Shown in pieces: positions 39,856 to 53,466 of a stretch of 64,000 nt of DNA. The number at the start of each line of letters is the position of its first letter. The stretch's first letter is position 1. The DNA lies in NCBI GenBank assembly GCA_951406725.2, contig OX597814.1:143530001-143594000 (forward strand), written 5' to 3'. The notes beneath the pieces were generated by a model. It made no database searches. It was not told the origin of the DNA and was given only the letters and a program-made list of their open reading frames with translations. Both the position numbers and the translations under genes were made by a program. The stretch is from Octopus vulgaris (Eukaryota).

Positions 39856-39975
39856 CAAAGTGGTGTTGTAGGGTACCGTACGAGTGGAATGTTATGTCCT
39901 TGTTACCAAAGACTGTATGTATGTAATGTTGCATTTTGTAACAACCAATAATTAATGCAACCAAACTTCTACATG

Positions 39976-40020
39976 TTACTTTTGACAATCTTTTTCCAAA
40001 GAGTGAAACCGGTAAAGTAA
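39976..40020 (+). ncRNA. Degenerate hammerhead-like motif
   Basis: UUACUU UUGACAA ucuuuuuccaaagagu GAAAC-CG-GUA AAGUAA. 6-bp stem I and palindromic stem III, with core mutated. Inside a (TA)n-flanked element. Confidence 0.45.
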
Positions 40021-40074
40021 ATAAACGTCTTTTAAAATTGCATTTTCAAACCTTCTTTCGTATATATTTATATA

Positions 40075-40131
<57 letters not shown>

Positions 40132-40380
40132 TTTAATATACACAGTTACATAAGAGTTACTAATAATTTTGTGCTTTAAGCTACATTTAATTGGTAGATT
40201 TATTTAACATGTCATGTATCGCCAAGCAACCTTTCGGGCTCAGTACACTTTAGATGTATTTAAAAGCCAGGACGCTACTCTATAAGAAAACCTGAGAAAA
40301 AAGAGTAAAAACGCAGTTGTTTCTGAAGTGTAAATACAAATGCATGTGCGAAAATTTATGTATGTATGGAACTTATGATG

Positions 40381-40429
<49 letters not shown>

Positions 40430-40586
40430 AAATTTACAATACGGTAATAACGGATTTTTTAGAAATTTCTATCGGTTTGTTTCGAGACGCATAAATTATA
40501 AATGGTTATTGACAATTTTGTCTTTTTTTCTGCATATTTGGCATTGGAACTTTTCTTTTGCCCTTATTTTGTAAGTTATATATATA

Positions 40587-40627
<41 letters not shown>

Positions 40628-40659
40628 TATATATATATGTATGTATGTATATATGTATG

Positions 40660-40690
<31 letters not shown>

Positions 40691-40917
40691 CATTCAACCA
40701 CGGTAGTGTTTGAATATATTCTTAAGTCCACCATTTCGTCAATCGCAGCAGCTTCCAAGCTTCACCATTGATTTAGTTCTCAACTAGTTTCACAAGTCGC
40801 TTTGAACAAAATTTAGTAGAAGAGTTATGAGGTAAAATGTCAAGAAATTTCATGTAAGGGAGTAACACTTCAGCTATAAGAATAAAGAATATATTTCTAA
40901 AATCAATGCTTACTTTC

Positions 40918-41330
40918 CAAGGCGGCGAGATGGCAGAAACGTTAGCACACCAGGCGAAATGCTTAGCGGTAATCCGTTTGTCTGTCTCCTGCGTTTAGCC
41001 CCTTGTGGGTAGTAAAGAAATAGGTATTTCGTCTGAAAAAAAAAAGGCGGGGAGCTGGCAGAAACGTTAGCACGCCGGAAGAAATGCGTTGCCGTATTTC
41101 ATCTGCCGCTACGTTCTGAGTTTAAATTCTGCCGAGGTCGACTCTGCCTTTCATCCTTCCGGGGTCGATAAATTAAATACCAGTTACGCACTGGGGTCGA
41201 TGTAATTGACTTAATCCGTTTGTCTGTCCTTGTTTGTCCCCTCTGTGTTTAGCCCCTTGTGGGTAGAAAAGAAATAGGTATTTCGTCTGTGGCTACGCTC
41301 TAAGTTTAAATTTCGCCGAGGTGAACTTTG
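40918..41330 (+). mobile_element. Cluster of SINE family A units (deleted copy, full copy, start of second core)
   Basis: The tail1-to-core junction aaagaaataggtatttcgtctg occurs at ~41015 and ~41270. Confidence 0.85.
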
Positions 41331-41675
41331 ACGTAGAGATTTTTTAATTAATTTTTTTTTTAACTAAAGATTTTCAAACTTCCGATACTGGTAGTATATG
41401 TTACATAGAGCAGAGTTTGTTCTCAACGTTTTTGACAAGGTTTTGTATTTTAGAAGCGATATTTCGTCTCTCTTTACGTTCTGAGTTCAAATTCTGCCGA
41501 GGTTGACTTTGCCTTTCATCCATTTCGGATCTATTCCATTAGACGCACAGATTATTTAATTAATTATTTTTAACTAAACACTTTCAAACTTCCGATACTG
41601 GTAGAATTTGTCACATAAAACAGGGTTTACTCTTAACGTTTTTGACAAAATTTTATATTTTAGAAGTTATTTCGT
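41330..41675. repeat. Diverged direct duplication of ~135 bp
   Basis: ttttaactaaa..tttcaaacttccgatactggtag..aacgtttttgacaa..ttttagaag occurs at ~41355-41457 and ~41565-41667. Confidence 0.75.
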
Positions 41676-42652
41676 CAGAAGATACAGAGAGAGACAATGG
41701 ACAAATTTGTGTTTGATAAGCGTTAATACGCGAAGCACTCAGCTTTTGACCTACTCTCTACCTTCTGCCGATGATATAAATATATATATTGCATATATGT
41801 GTAAAAAAAAATCTCATCAAGCAATCGAACAAATGAAAGAGCTTCTACTTGGTCGCTCGACACCTTAAAAATAGCTCTCAAAGTATCTCCCTACCTAAAT
41901 CACTCGCCCATTGTATGTAATGTCCTAGATTATCCCTAAAAAGACGATTTGCTGAAGGCTGGACTGTTTTTGATGATACGTTTGCAGTATCAAGGTTTAT
42001 TTGAGGCTAAATAACAACAAAATTATGGTCAATTTCTATATTGGCACTCGCACGATTTTCACTAAGACAAAAAAATTTGATTTTTTGCGTGGAATCAAGT
42101 ACCCTGACCTCCTAATATGTAAAAAAAAATCCCTTATTTTGGTTCGGAAAAAATTAGGTTGGGTGTTCCCCACCCAATCTCAGAATCATTGCAAATTTTT
42201 TTTCCTTTGAATGAATTCCTGTGACCTCCTAATATTGCAAAATTAGGTTACTTAAGGTGAGCCTGGTAACTGATGTTTTGAGGTCTTGTTGTTTGTAACT
42301 TTTGGTGAGCCATGGTGCAACCAACAACATAGTAAAAATCCCTGCCATTAATTTGGTGTGGATGGTTAATATCAAATAATTCAATCACAACATGTATTTA
42401 AATTAAACACGAAAAAAATTGAAATATTATCATCACTTACATGGAAAAATTGAAATATTATCTTTCAGTATTTTATAAGGTAAAAATCTTAAATTATTAA
42501 TTGACACATTATTAATTATCTTATAACAGCAATGGCTGGAAAAATCATTGATTATATGGAAAAATGCGAGCATGAAAAGTCATATTCTTAAGATTATAAA
42601 CCTGGAAAAGTACAGGACAAGTTATTACACCTGTAAACGTATAGGACAAACT

Positions 42653-42958
42653 ATTACTTCTAGTAAAGAATAAGAAACTTTTACTTAAAATATTGCAGCT
42701 AAAATTAAAATTTGAATATCAAAAATCATTTTATTATAGTTTACAAATAACATTATACTTATTTAAGTAGAACTTGGCTAATTTACTACCTTAAATACAG
42801 AAAAAAGTGACTAATTAGACAAACTTACAAATTAGCTGAACAGTTTCGTACAATAAATTTAAAAGGTGAGAACTGTAAAGAGTGATAAATTAGAAGAACT
42901 GGCATTCTTTGCTGCAATATTTTAAGTAAAAAGTTTCTTATTCTTTACTAGAAGTAAT
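42653..42958. mobile_element. MITE-like element with 47/48-bp near-perfect inverted repeats
   Basis: attacttctagtaaagaataagaaacttttacttaaaatattgcagc (42653-42699) and its reverse complement (42911-42958) differ by one T. Confidence 0.75.
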
Positions 42959-43019
42959 TACTTTATGGGTAACGGACCTGAGAAAATTGTATGAAGAGCT
43001 TCAGCTGCTCCAGGAAAAA

Positions 43020-43471
43020 GACCATAATATCTTCAGTTCCTTCAATATATGGCTCCTTGCCATACCTCCGAAAAGAGTCAAAAGTGGTTGTCGGAGAATT
43101 TCTACGTCTTCATTCAACCCAATATCTCGTGTCTTAATTCCCCCGATTGAAATCCCATGGATTAGTATGTGTGGGGCATGGTTGAGATAGACACCAACCG
43201 TTCTGCCTGCAGCCCCGAGGCTGAACTGGTGGCCAAAACCAAGGAGATGTTCGAAGATCTTCCCAGGAATACAAGAGGAACACATGTGCCAGATTCCATA
43301 GCTGACTTCAAGCCGTGATGGAACCTGAGGCCAGCTACTTTGTGTAAACTGTTATCTCCAAGCTATAGTCTAGATGATATTTTAGATGTTTTAAAATAAT
43401 TTTATTTTGGTTGGGATATTGTATTTATCTTTTCCTTTTATGCAAACTGTAAAATTTAGCCCGAACACCTG
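43020..43471 (+). pseudogene. Tc1/mariner superfamily (maT/DD37D-like) transposase 3' fragment with terminus
   Basis: Plus strand APCHTSEKSQKWLSENFY..NSPD*NPMD*YVWGMVEIDTN..LQAVMEPEASYF*. Ends ..ccgaacacctg|TA. Confidence 0.8.
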
Positions 43472-43559
43472 TAGTATGTATTTCGTTGTACGTTGTGATG
43501 TTAGTTTTCTTGCATGTGTGCTTCATAATGTTAGATAAACGTATGTTGTGTGCAACGGT

Positions 43560-43920
43560 GCTTCTTTTTCATATCTGCTTTCTTTTCTCAGCAACTAAAT
43601 ATGTACTTTAAGAGATTGTTTGAAAGCGGTCATGAAATTGTTCAAAGTGTTTAGGTAAGAGTTGGAACAGAGCCAAAATATCCTTTCTATCAGTTTAATT
43701 ACGACAGCACTTCTGTGATTTCAGATCAAAATTATCTACGTGTGTACTGCTAGTCAGCTCTCAAAAATGTAAGATTTCAAGCAGATTCGTTTAATCACGA
43801 TTTCGTCTTCTCAGTAAGATGTGTCATATAGTGCTTCTATGATGGTATCGGTATGTTCTTCAGCGAATATTGAATCTGTTGCGCCACCACCAGCTTCAAT
43901 TGTTTGTTCGCTTAATAGTT
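43560..43920 (-). mobile_element. Penelope-like (Neptune-type) ORF N-terminal remnant
   Basis: YSLKNIPIPS*KHYMTHLTEK / EIVIKRICLKSYIF / NFDLKSQKC resembles NIPIPS..Y...LIEK...IKRMRWKA.FF...GLKS.KCP. Confidence 0.55.
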
Positions 43921-44393
43921 ACAGCGTGGCAGACAGGAGTAAGGAAATAAAAAAAACACACACAGATCATGCTATGGGCATATTGTGAACCCTTCAATGA
44001 GAATGAACCTCACTCATAATTCAGTGATATCAGTCACGCATTTTGTGTTTACGTAATGTAGTCTAAGTCAATATCTTATTCATACATACATACATACATA
44101 CATACATACATACATACATACATACATACATACATACATACATACATACATACATACATACATACATACATACATACATACATACATACATACTTCTAAT
44201 ATAGGACAAAATCTTTTCCAAAAAAAATTTCAACAAAGCGGCAGCATATTAAAATACCTTTAAAGGTGAAAATTATAAACAATTCTCAGCATATTGGCAT
44301 AGAAATCTTTTTTCTTTTGCCCTTGTTTATAAATTGTACATACGTACATACATACATACATACATACATACATACATACATACATACATACAT

Positions 44394-44451
<58 letters not shown>

Positions 44452-44988
44452 TCACACAGGAAGCACTCTCTTCCTGATGACTTCCCATAAAACCCCAAAG
44501 CAGCTGGATTAACGAACCTCAACGAAGATCTGGATGTGAAACGCTCAGTAAACCAGAAAAGCACTATGCATGGGTCTATTTCCCGAAGACTTGCAGAAGA
44601 CAGTACTATCAACATAAAATGCAGCCTCTCTTGGACTCGTGACCGCTACATCACATCATATTTCGGTAAGGCATGCATTTTCAATCTCAAGAACAGGAGA
44701 TTGTGATTGATTACCTAATAAAGAAAAGACATCGTGAAGTCGTTGGAGCTCCAAGATGCGACCAAAAATGTAGGTTTCTGTGGAAGTATAAATTGTACTA
44801 ATGAAGTGAAACCAAATAATGATGATTTCAAAGCATTTAGTACATACGTTTCAGAATTGAATAATAATTAATACGAAATGCATCTATCTACGCAAGATTT
44901 TCAGTTAATACATTTCGAAGAATAAACCAATTGATGGAAATTGTTCTACATATACGTGTATATGTGGTCAAGCTGCTGATCAGGCCAG

Positions 44989-45089
44989 TATGTATGTATG
45001 TATGTATGTATGTATGTATGTATGTATGTATGTATGTATGTATGTATGTATTATGTATGTATGTATGTGTGCGTGTATGTATGTATGTA

Positions 45090-45122
<33 letters not shown>

Positions 45123-45257
45123 ATGTATGTGTGCGTGTATGTATGTATGTATGTATGTGTGCGAGTATGTATGTATGTATGTATGTATGTATGTATGTGT
45201 GTGTGTATGCATGTATGTATGTATGTATGTATGTATGCGTGTATGTATGTATGTATG

Positions 45258-45289
<32 letters not shown>

Positions 45290-45381
45290 TGTATGTATGT
45301 ATGTATGTATGTGTGCGTGTATGTATGTATATATGCATACATGTATGTATGTATGTATGTATGTATGTATGTATGTATGTA
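44989..45381. repeat. Long compound (TATG)n/(TG)n microsatellite (others at 27040, 36812, 37873, 44081, 44345, 56390)
   Basis: Direct inspection. It generates the MYVC/HTYI pseudo-ORFs. Confidence 0.95.
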
Positions 45382-45739
45382 TAATGCAAGTGATAACCCA
45401 GTTCCACTGCTTCATCATGTTCTTCAACAGGTGGATAACTAAGAAGCGCTCATCTCTCTTGATATATTATAGTTGGACGTTGATTCCTCTGCGTCATGAC
45501 CTTTCATTCTTTGATGAATTGCATTTGCCTAGATCCCGCACACCTTCTTTCCTCTGCAAATTAAATGAGTTTGGCCCGTTTAGTCAACACATCGCCATAC
45601 ACGCGAGAGGTTTTACTGGATTATATGACATGATTATCACATATATAGAAGGTGTATTTCTTTTATACACGCAGATGCGTACATTCATACACACTTGCAC
45701 ACATACATACTTACACACACACACACACACACACACACT

Positions 45740-45846
45740 TCAGTTCCACTCCGTGGCACCTGGGGCAAGCGTCTTCTACTATAGCCTGGGGCCGACCAAA
45801 ACCTTGTGAGTGGATTTGGTAGACGGAAACTGAAATAAGCCCATCG

Positions 45847-45902
<56 letters not shown>

Positions 45903-45987
45903 TATATCTGTAATTGTCCCCTACCATCACTTGACAACCGGTGCTGGTACGCTTACGTCCCCGTAACTTAGCAGTTCGACAAAAGAT
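45740..45987 (+). mobile_element. SINE family B, truncated
   Basis: ctggggcaagcgtcttctactatagcc..ccttgtgagtggatttggtagacggaaactgaa, (TG)n, tacgtccccgtaacttagc. Confidence 0.85.
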
Positions 45988-46890
45988 CAAATCACTAGCT
46001 ATGCAAGTACATCTCCGTAATTTTTTAAAATCACTGTAGATAAATGCCGGCAATGTCCTTCTCAGGCCTTCCAATGTTTTAATTTCTAAACAGAAACAAT
46101 TGGGGTGCAAGGGAGTGCGGTTGCAAAAAGTTAATAATTTCTGAAATTTTCTTTTTTCTAGCATATAAATGTATTTATGGGGGAAAATATTGAAAAACAT
46201 CAATACATGCGACAGTGATAAAGAAACGAGGAGAGTTGTCTTTGGATGTGCTAGAAACAACAGATAAAGAGCCCTTAAATAACTCAGTTTTCCCTTTGAA
46301 AATATTAACAATTATTAAAATTTTTTATCGAAAATGCTCTTCCCGTCGTTTAGAAGTGCAAAAAAAATTGGCCAAAATAGGTCCGGAGTAGGATGATGAG
46401 GGAGGCGGGTGTAAAAAAAAAAAGAGTTTTCAAAACTTTTTTCATACAAAGATGCACCCCCCACCCCAACCCCATCATTTCGAAGGCTGTGTTTTAAAAG
46501 AAATGGGGAAAATCCTCGATAAAATTTTCTCCACAAAATTTGTTTATAATCGTTTGAAAGGGATTTGTATAAATTTTCATTAAAAAATACCCATCTTCCT
46601 GAAAGTTAGGAAGGAAAAAAGATCAGATTGTGTGAATTTTCCGAAACTCCTCTCTCCACCCCCTCGGAAAAATTCTTTCCCATAAACCCCTATATACTCT
46701 GAAGCCACAATATATAAGCGGTATTTGTAGAAAATTTAGTTAAAAAGTATCCATTTTTTCTGGATGTTATGAAGCAACAAAGTTGGGGGCGTATACATCT
46801 GTAATAATGCCCTTTTATTTATACGCTATTTTCATTTTAGGTTTATTTTATTCATTGTTTGTAATGTTCTCTATCCTCCTCCTCCTCCTC

Positions 46891-46926
<36 letters not shown>

Positions 46927-47130
46927 TCCACACACACACACAGCAAAGCTTACAGATGGGCTGCTGAATTGAAATCTCTATGTTGTTCTGAGGGGAAAGT
47001 AAAACTTGACAAATTACTTCTCCCTTCGTAGCTGGACTACCGTGATGTTTGTTTTTAAAAAGAGAGATTATGACTGTGATAAAATAATGGAAGCAATATT
47101 TACTAAGCAAGTGAGCACTATAGACGTAAA

Positions 47131-47514
47131 GTGGAGGCGCAATAGCCCAGTGGTTAGGGCAGCGGACTCGCGGTCATAGAATCGCAGTTTCGATTCCCAG
47201 ACCGGGCGTTGTGAGTGTTTATTGAGCAAAAACACCTAAAGCTTCACGAGGCTCCGGCAGGGGATGGTGGTGATCCCTGCTGTACTCTTTCACCACAACT
47301 TTCTCTCACTCTTATTTCCTGTTTCTGTTGTACCGGTATTTCAAAGGGCCGGCCTTGTCACTCTTTGTGTCACGATGAATATCCCCGAGAACTACGTTAA
47401 GGGTACACGTGTCTGTGGAGTGCTCAGCCACTTACACGTTAATTTCATGAGCAGGCTGTTCCGTTGATTCGGATCAACCGGAACCCTCGTCGTCGTAACC
47501 GACGGAGTGCTCCC
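47131..47514 (+). mobile_element. SINE family C, full length (tRNA-derived head; resembles octopus OR-type SINEs)
   Basis: A box TAGCCCAGTGG and B box GTTTCGATTCC. 11-bp TSD atagacgtaaa at 47120-47130 and 47515-47525. Confidence 0.9.
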
Positions 47515-47649
47515 ATAGACGTAAAATATAAAAATTATTAGAATTGGGAATCAAATGTGAAAATATCATGAAGGGGCTAGCAGAAAACTAGTCTTTCTGC
47601 TAGTTTGTATAACGTGCAAAATATTCCGTCGTCACTCGATACGATACCA

Positions 47650-47990
47650 GTTTCAAGTTCACAAGTTTTTCCAGGCTTAATCCTAGATCCATGTGCCTCC
47701 TACAAAATTCGAGCGCACATCCCATAACAGCGTTGCAACAGAACATTTAAAACTTAACTGGTCCTGTCTTATTCAGCATTATTCCGGAAGAAACCATAGA
47801 AGACAAGGAGTCAATAGCATTCAAACGGTACCAGGACAGATTCCTCAAAAAATTTACTAAATTAACCAACGACTATCGGATACATCTAGGAATATAATAG
47901 CACCTTATTCGAGTGAGCGATGGTGTCCTAAAACATGACTTAGAAGACTACTCCAAATGGTGTTATTAAATTAGACATGATCTGGGCCAA
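47650..47990 (+). mobile_element. Old CR1-clade LINE 3' fragment
   Basis: KLTGPVLFSIIPEE..FKRYQDRFLKK resembles GP.LFN.LP..FK..LD.FL of the element at 134-571. Confidence 0.5.
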
Positions 47991-48044
47991 TAATAGTCAA
48001 ACCCGGGCTCAAATTTGATCTTTTAAATGTATATTCGTTATTTT

Positions 48045-48695
48045 CTACTTGTTTCGGGCTTTAGACTGCGGCCATGCTGGAGCACCGCCTTGAAGAATTT
48101 TGGTCGAACGAATCGACCCCAGTACTTATTATTTTTCTTAAAGCCTGATGCTTATTCCATCGTACATTTTTTGCCGAACCGCTATGTTACAGGAACGTAA
48201 ACGTACCAGCACCGGTGTCAAGCGTCGGGAAGGAAGAAACACAGACGCAAGACAAACACACATACACACACACACAGACACGTGTGTGTGTACATATATA
48301 TTTCTTTACTACCCACAAGGGGCTAAACACAGAGGGGACAAACAAGGACAGACAAAGCGATTAAGTCGATTCCATCGACCCCAGTGCGTAACTGGTACTT
48401 AATTTATCGACCCCGAAAGGATGAAAGGCAAAGTCGACCTCGGCAGAATTTGAACTCAGAACGTAACGGCAGACGAAATACGGCTACGCATTTCGCCCGG
48501 CGTGCTACCGTTTCTGCCAGCTCGCCGCCTTACGACGGCCTTCTTTCAGTTTCCGTCTAGCAAGTCCACTGACAAGGCTTTGGTCAGCCTGAGGCTATAG
48601 TAGAAGACACTTTCTCAAGGTACTACGAAGTGAGATTGAACTCGGAACTACGTGGTTCGGAAGCAACCTTTTCACTACGCAACAACGACTGCGCC
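48045..48695 (-). mobile_element. SINE B with SINE A (48299-48531) nested in its internal microsatellite
   Basis: B tail at 48045-48240, A copy at 48299-48531, B head at 48532-48695. Confidence 0.88.
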
Positions 48696-49069
48696 TATGT
48701 ATGTATATTTGAAATAAATATACGCTTGAAAGTAAAGCTGTTCACTATTAACACATACGCGCGCGCACACACACACATGTATAAATATATGTTATACCTC
48801 CTAACAGTTTCCGTCCAAATCCCATTTCTATTATAACCCAAGGTTCTAATAGAAAAAAAGATAAATAACTTGTCGACATTGTAGGTTCGAACCCGGAGCT
48901 CCGGAGATGCGCGACGAGCTTCTTAATCACACAGATTTGCCATGCCTGCATAGTAACAACATTGTATAAGACATAGTTTATCATCTATCAACACCACAAC
49001 ACAGCTATAGTAAAATACTCGGCTGCTACACCTATCGATATCCTTTATTTTGAGTCATCAATGAAGCCT

Positions 49070-49260
49070 GTATGCGGTCGACCCTTCTGCTAGAAATAGC
49101 AACCCAATCGTCTTCAAATCGCATTCTATGGTTTTAAAAAAAAGCCAGAAGTGTACTTAACTCAAGACAGGCTATCCGAATAAACGACAGACAGGTTAGT
49201 CACGTACAGAATGCTTTTGATCATGAGTCTGGTCAGAACTGACCTGGGACGAAACGACTA
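49070..49260 (+). mobile_element. Old SINE-like family D (ctgctagaaatagcagccaaat..gaatgc(c/t)tttgatcat..gacctggg)
   Basis: Diverged copies or motifs at ~940, 21660, 30560-30730, 41850-42020, 55930, 58950-59030 and 62510-62690. Confidence 0.6.
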
Positions 49261-49306
49261 TTTAATTTCTTGCTTAAAGTCAACTCCTTTCAGGTTTTAA
49301 TCTGAT

Positions 49307-49341
<35 letters not shown>

Positions 49342-49899
49342 AATAAAGAAAGAAACCATAGATAATATTATAATCCCGCCCTTTCATACAATCAAATAAT
49401 TTATTAAATACGCAATAAATCAACATTTCGACAAATAAATGTTTGGAAATGACAACTGTCTGTAATTACAATCAGTGACCCTTCCAAAACAAAGTTTCAT
49501 TCTACAATTCAAGAGATGTATTTGAAAAATCAAATCAAATGGTTTTTCTATTTCTTTAAAATTTTTTTTTTAATCCTCTTTGGAAAGTTCATGTATAGGG
49601 ACATTAAAAATTGATTAATTCTATATCTCCTTATCAACTTTATCTCAAAGCAAAAAAAAAAAAAAAAAAATTTGCCTATAAAAAAACTACAACTGTCTCA
49701 GAGTTCTATAGAATTGTTAAATAGATTTAAGCTGGGACACATACAACAGAAGAATCGAGCTTAAATTCATTTATTTTGTTGGTCTCCCAATCTATGTGAT
49801 TACATTGTTTACAGCAAATTTCAATTTGTGTAGATCCTCTCTATATATATACCTGCCTGTCCTGTAGCAAAAATCTCTTTAGCTGACAGACTGTCATTC

Positions 49900-49977
49900 T
49901 AGATTTTATTTACCGTTTCTTCGGCTCTTATCATTTTTTTTTATCTTCATTTATTTGTGACGCTTTTCTGTCTGTCT

Positions 49978-50009
<32 letters not shown>

Positions 50010-50349
50010 TCAGTCAAAATTCTTTCTTTTTCTTTTTTTTTTATTCAATTCACCATTAGTTCGCGTTCATCCTCTGCCTATCTCGATCTTTCTTTTTCTG
50101 TTTCTCCCTTCTTCACTTCTTTCTCTCCAACTGTCTCCTCTCTCTCTCCCACCTCTCTTTCTTTATTTCTTCTTCCTTTCTTTATTCATCTCTTTCTTTC
50201 CCTCACCTTCCCTTTATTTTCTTTTAGATTTCTTTACTATATCCTCATAATTCAATTTTAGAACCTTCCTCCTCCTCATTCTCCTCCTACTCCTCCAATA
50301 AATCTCTTTTTATTTAATTTTCCGCTTTGAAAGCACACACGCGCGCGAA

Positions 50350-50405
<56 letters not shown>

Positions 50406-50690
50406 TCTAGAACCTGTGCCGGTGTCTCCTCCTTTATTTCTAACTCATCCAGCCCATATATTGTCCTTTCATTCACCCACCATATTTAACTACCCATATT
50501 TCCAATTAAACCTCCACCTCTTTTTCATTTTTCTTTTTCTGATTTTTTTTCTTTTCTTTTCTTAAATCTTTTCTATTCTTTCAATTTATTTCCGCCCACA
50601 AAGAAAAGACAGACAGACAGAACGAAAAGAACGAACGAATGGAAAGAAAAAAAAAACACGTGGAGATGTTGACATCAAAACCAACAGCAA

Positions 50691-50721
<31 letters not shown>

Positions 50722-51520
50722 TACAGCAACAGTAGCAGCAGCAGCTACAACAAGAACATTAATATCACAATGAATAAAAATCAAGAAACTGACAGACGAC
50801 TGACACGAAACATCTGCGCCACCCGTGTCGTCACAACTACTATCACGGTTACTACTACACATCTACCCATTACTTTTTTTTTCGTTCACCATAGTACCTT
50901 CTTTCTATACATCTTCCTTTCCCTCCCATCATTATCATCTCCCATTTCAAACAACGTCGTATCGATCAGTAAATCTGGTATGGCGGCGCTGGCGTTAGTG
51001 GTGACGTTGATGGCGGTGGTGATAGTAGTAGTAGTAGTAGTAGTTGTGGTGGTGGTGGTGGTGATAAAGCTATAGCTGGCTGTGGCAACGTTTGCAAAAG
51101 TCGAGTTCCGATAATGAAATTTCCAGTTGTTACCAGTTGTGAATTATTGACCGACTGTCGTTGGTGATAGTTTAGCCTGACCTAAGCAGTCTGGGTTTGT
51201 CTGACCTCTGAGTTTACTTGCCTGTTACTATCTCAACTCACTGTCTGACTGCCTGCAGCCTCACAGACACAACCAATCAATATTGCTATTTACACTCACG
51301 CTTTTGCTCTGCATTATCTTGTTCTATATCTATCTGTATATCTAACTTTTGTGGCTAGTAGGAGATAAATAAACTAGACAGCACAGATGAGACGAACTGC
51401 TTAAATGCGTTGCTTGTTTTGTTAAGTAGAATTGTCTGACAATGTTTGTAGGTTATGTATGCATGTAGCTGTAAGCCTGTCCCAACATGTCTGGTAGTAC
51501 GAGCTGCAGCTATTCCTGAA
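49900..51520. promoter_or_regulatory. Possible promoter/5' UTR-like unique region of an unidentified host gene
   Basis: About 1.6 kb without recognisable TE. Polypyrimidine tract, (CA)n, CACGTG, a (CAG/CAA)n tract with stops, (GTA/GTG)n and elevated CpG. No convincing ORF or splice structure. Confidence 0.25.
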
Positions 51521-51769
51521 ATAAATTTTGCCCTTTGTTTTATCAGTATTATTTCTTTGAATACGTTTCATTAAATTCGTTTTCCTCCCCTCCTTTTAAA
51601 TTTAATCACAGTCTTTTATTTTTTATTTTTATGTGAGAATTAAACAAGTTCCCGAACAAACAAACAAAAAAAAATTAATTTTTGTTTTTAAGTTAGTCTA
51701 CAGAACATTCAAAACTTCACACTCAGACAGACAGACAGACACACACACACATACAAACACACACACACA

Positions 51770-51804
<35 letters not shown>

Positions 51805-52079
51805 GCATACACACACACGCGCGTACGCACACACATACACACGCACACACAGACAAACAACAATCGTTGTAAATATCGAAAATAAAGGCCAATAATTCCA
51901 TCCGGATTAGAAAAATTTCGGACGGTAGAGAGCTTATCTCTACAGAACAGCAGTCCCGAAGTATTGATTTCCTATATTTGTACCAGAACAGAAATTTGGA
52001 GGGAAATAAGTGATCGATTGAACCGGCTTCAGTACATTATTGATACGTATGTTATCGCTTGACATTTAACCCCAGATGG

Positions 52080-52790
52080 ATTGTATCCAGCATGTAGAGT
52101 CCCACCTCGCTCCGAGTTACCTTCAAAATTCCACACAACCGAGGAGGGTGGAATGCACCCGCCCAAATATCTCAACGAGATCATCGACCTTTATAATCTT
52201 CCTTCAACCTTCACCACCAATTGTTATTATCGTTCTTACCACAAGACTGCCCATTTTGAGCAAATATATGCTCAAAGGTATTCTCCCTGTGACCAACCTG
52301 TCGTTTTTTGAACCTAAGTGTATCTAGAACAACATTATTTAATGTGTCCTTCATTTTAAAGACGTATTTTGTTCTTATTACTAGCGTTTCGATTGACTGC
52401 ACAAGGGCACTCCACCAGCTTTGGCACAGAAGGTTATCCAGAGCAAGCTTTTCACTCTGCATTAAATCTTACAATAGGGGATCCAACTCAACAGTGTTAC
52501 CATACTAAGAGCAGTAGCTATTTTCAGCAACCTGTAAGCATGTAAATAATTTCTTTTTCCAAATAATGTAAACATGGAAATTAATTTTGTAAAAGTGATT
52601 CCTTTCTTCTTTTAAAATTTTAAGTAGTTACTACAAGATTTTCCAAAGAAGACAGAAATTTCAATTAAATGAGAGTTTTGCATAGATAATTCAATACATC
52701 ACCTCTTAATTTTTTCAACCAAATTCCTGTATGTGGACTATACTAACTTGATGAGGTCAAATTAAACCGAAACATGTCCATAGCGCTCTC
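52080..52790 (+). mobile_element. Penelope-like GIY-YIG endonuclease remnant followed by hammerhead-like motif (52743-52783)
   Basis: KCI*NNII..RRLSRASFS..NSTVLPY resembles Neptune C..NIIY..R...H..SF..NST.LS.Y. Downstream UUGAUGA GGU-caaauuaa-ACC GAAAC-AU-GUC, with weak stem I. Confidence 0.6.
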
Positions 52791-53059
52791 CCCCACAATG
52801 GCCTACACACAAAGGCTAGATTTTCCACTACACGTGAACATTAATTTTGTGCTATTGAACCTTAAATTCTTGTATTTTCTCCCTCTTTCTTTTTACTGTA
52901 GGTTAGGTTTTATTTTCTATAAGATGGGAATTTCAGTTAATTGAAAATCTATGATTATGTAACCCATGATAGAGCCCCTTGGTATTTCATCAAAATTGAT
53001 GGCATTGATGCACTTTAGTTATTTCTCTATAGTTCATTTTACAATTACTCTTTCTTTTT

Positions 53060-53466
53060 TTACTCTTTTTACTTGTTTCAGTCATTTGACTGCGGCCATG
53101 CTGGAGCACCGTCTTTAGTCGAGCAAATCGATCCCAGGACTTATTCTTTGGAAGTCTAGTTCTTACTCTATCGGTCCCTTTTGCTGAGCCGCTGAGTTAC
53201 GGGGACGTAAACACACCAGCATCGATTGTCAAGCGATGTTGGGGGGACAAACACAGACACACAAACACACGCATACACATACACATATATATATACATAT
53301 ATACGACGGGCTTCTTTTCAGTTTCCGTTTACCAAATCCACTCACAAGGCTTCGGTCGTCCCGAGGCTATAGTAGAAGACACTTGCCCATGGTGCCACCC
53401 AGTGCTACTGAACCCGGAACCATGTTGTTGGTAAGCAAGCTACTTACTGCGCAGCCACTCTTGCGC
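53060..53466 (-). mobile_element. SINE family B, full length
   Basis: Colinear with 13922-14311. Confidence 0.9.

Noticed and set aside
44888-45809. Long ORFs of 120-292 aa (and similar ones at 7575-8544, 9277-9615, 36238-39357)
   Set aside because: They are translations of stop-free (TATG)n/(TA)n/(CA)n microsatellites with no protein-like content.
47131-47210. tRNA gene
   Set aside because: A/B boxes are present but there is no proper acceptor stem or cloverleaf. It is the head of a TSD-flanked SINE.
45990-47603. Helitron ending at hairpin CTAGCAGAAA-actagtc-TTTCTGCTAG|T
   Set aside because: The 3' signature is suggestive, but no 5' end or coding remnant could be identified.
50684-50750. 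(CAG/CAA)n as a polyglutamine exon
   Set aside because: The Gln frame contains a TAG stop and the Ala/Thr frame closes after ~35 codons.
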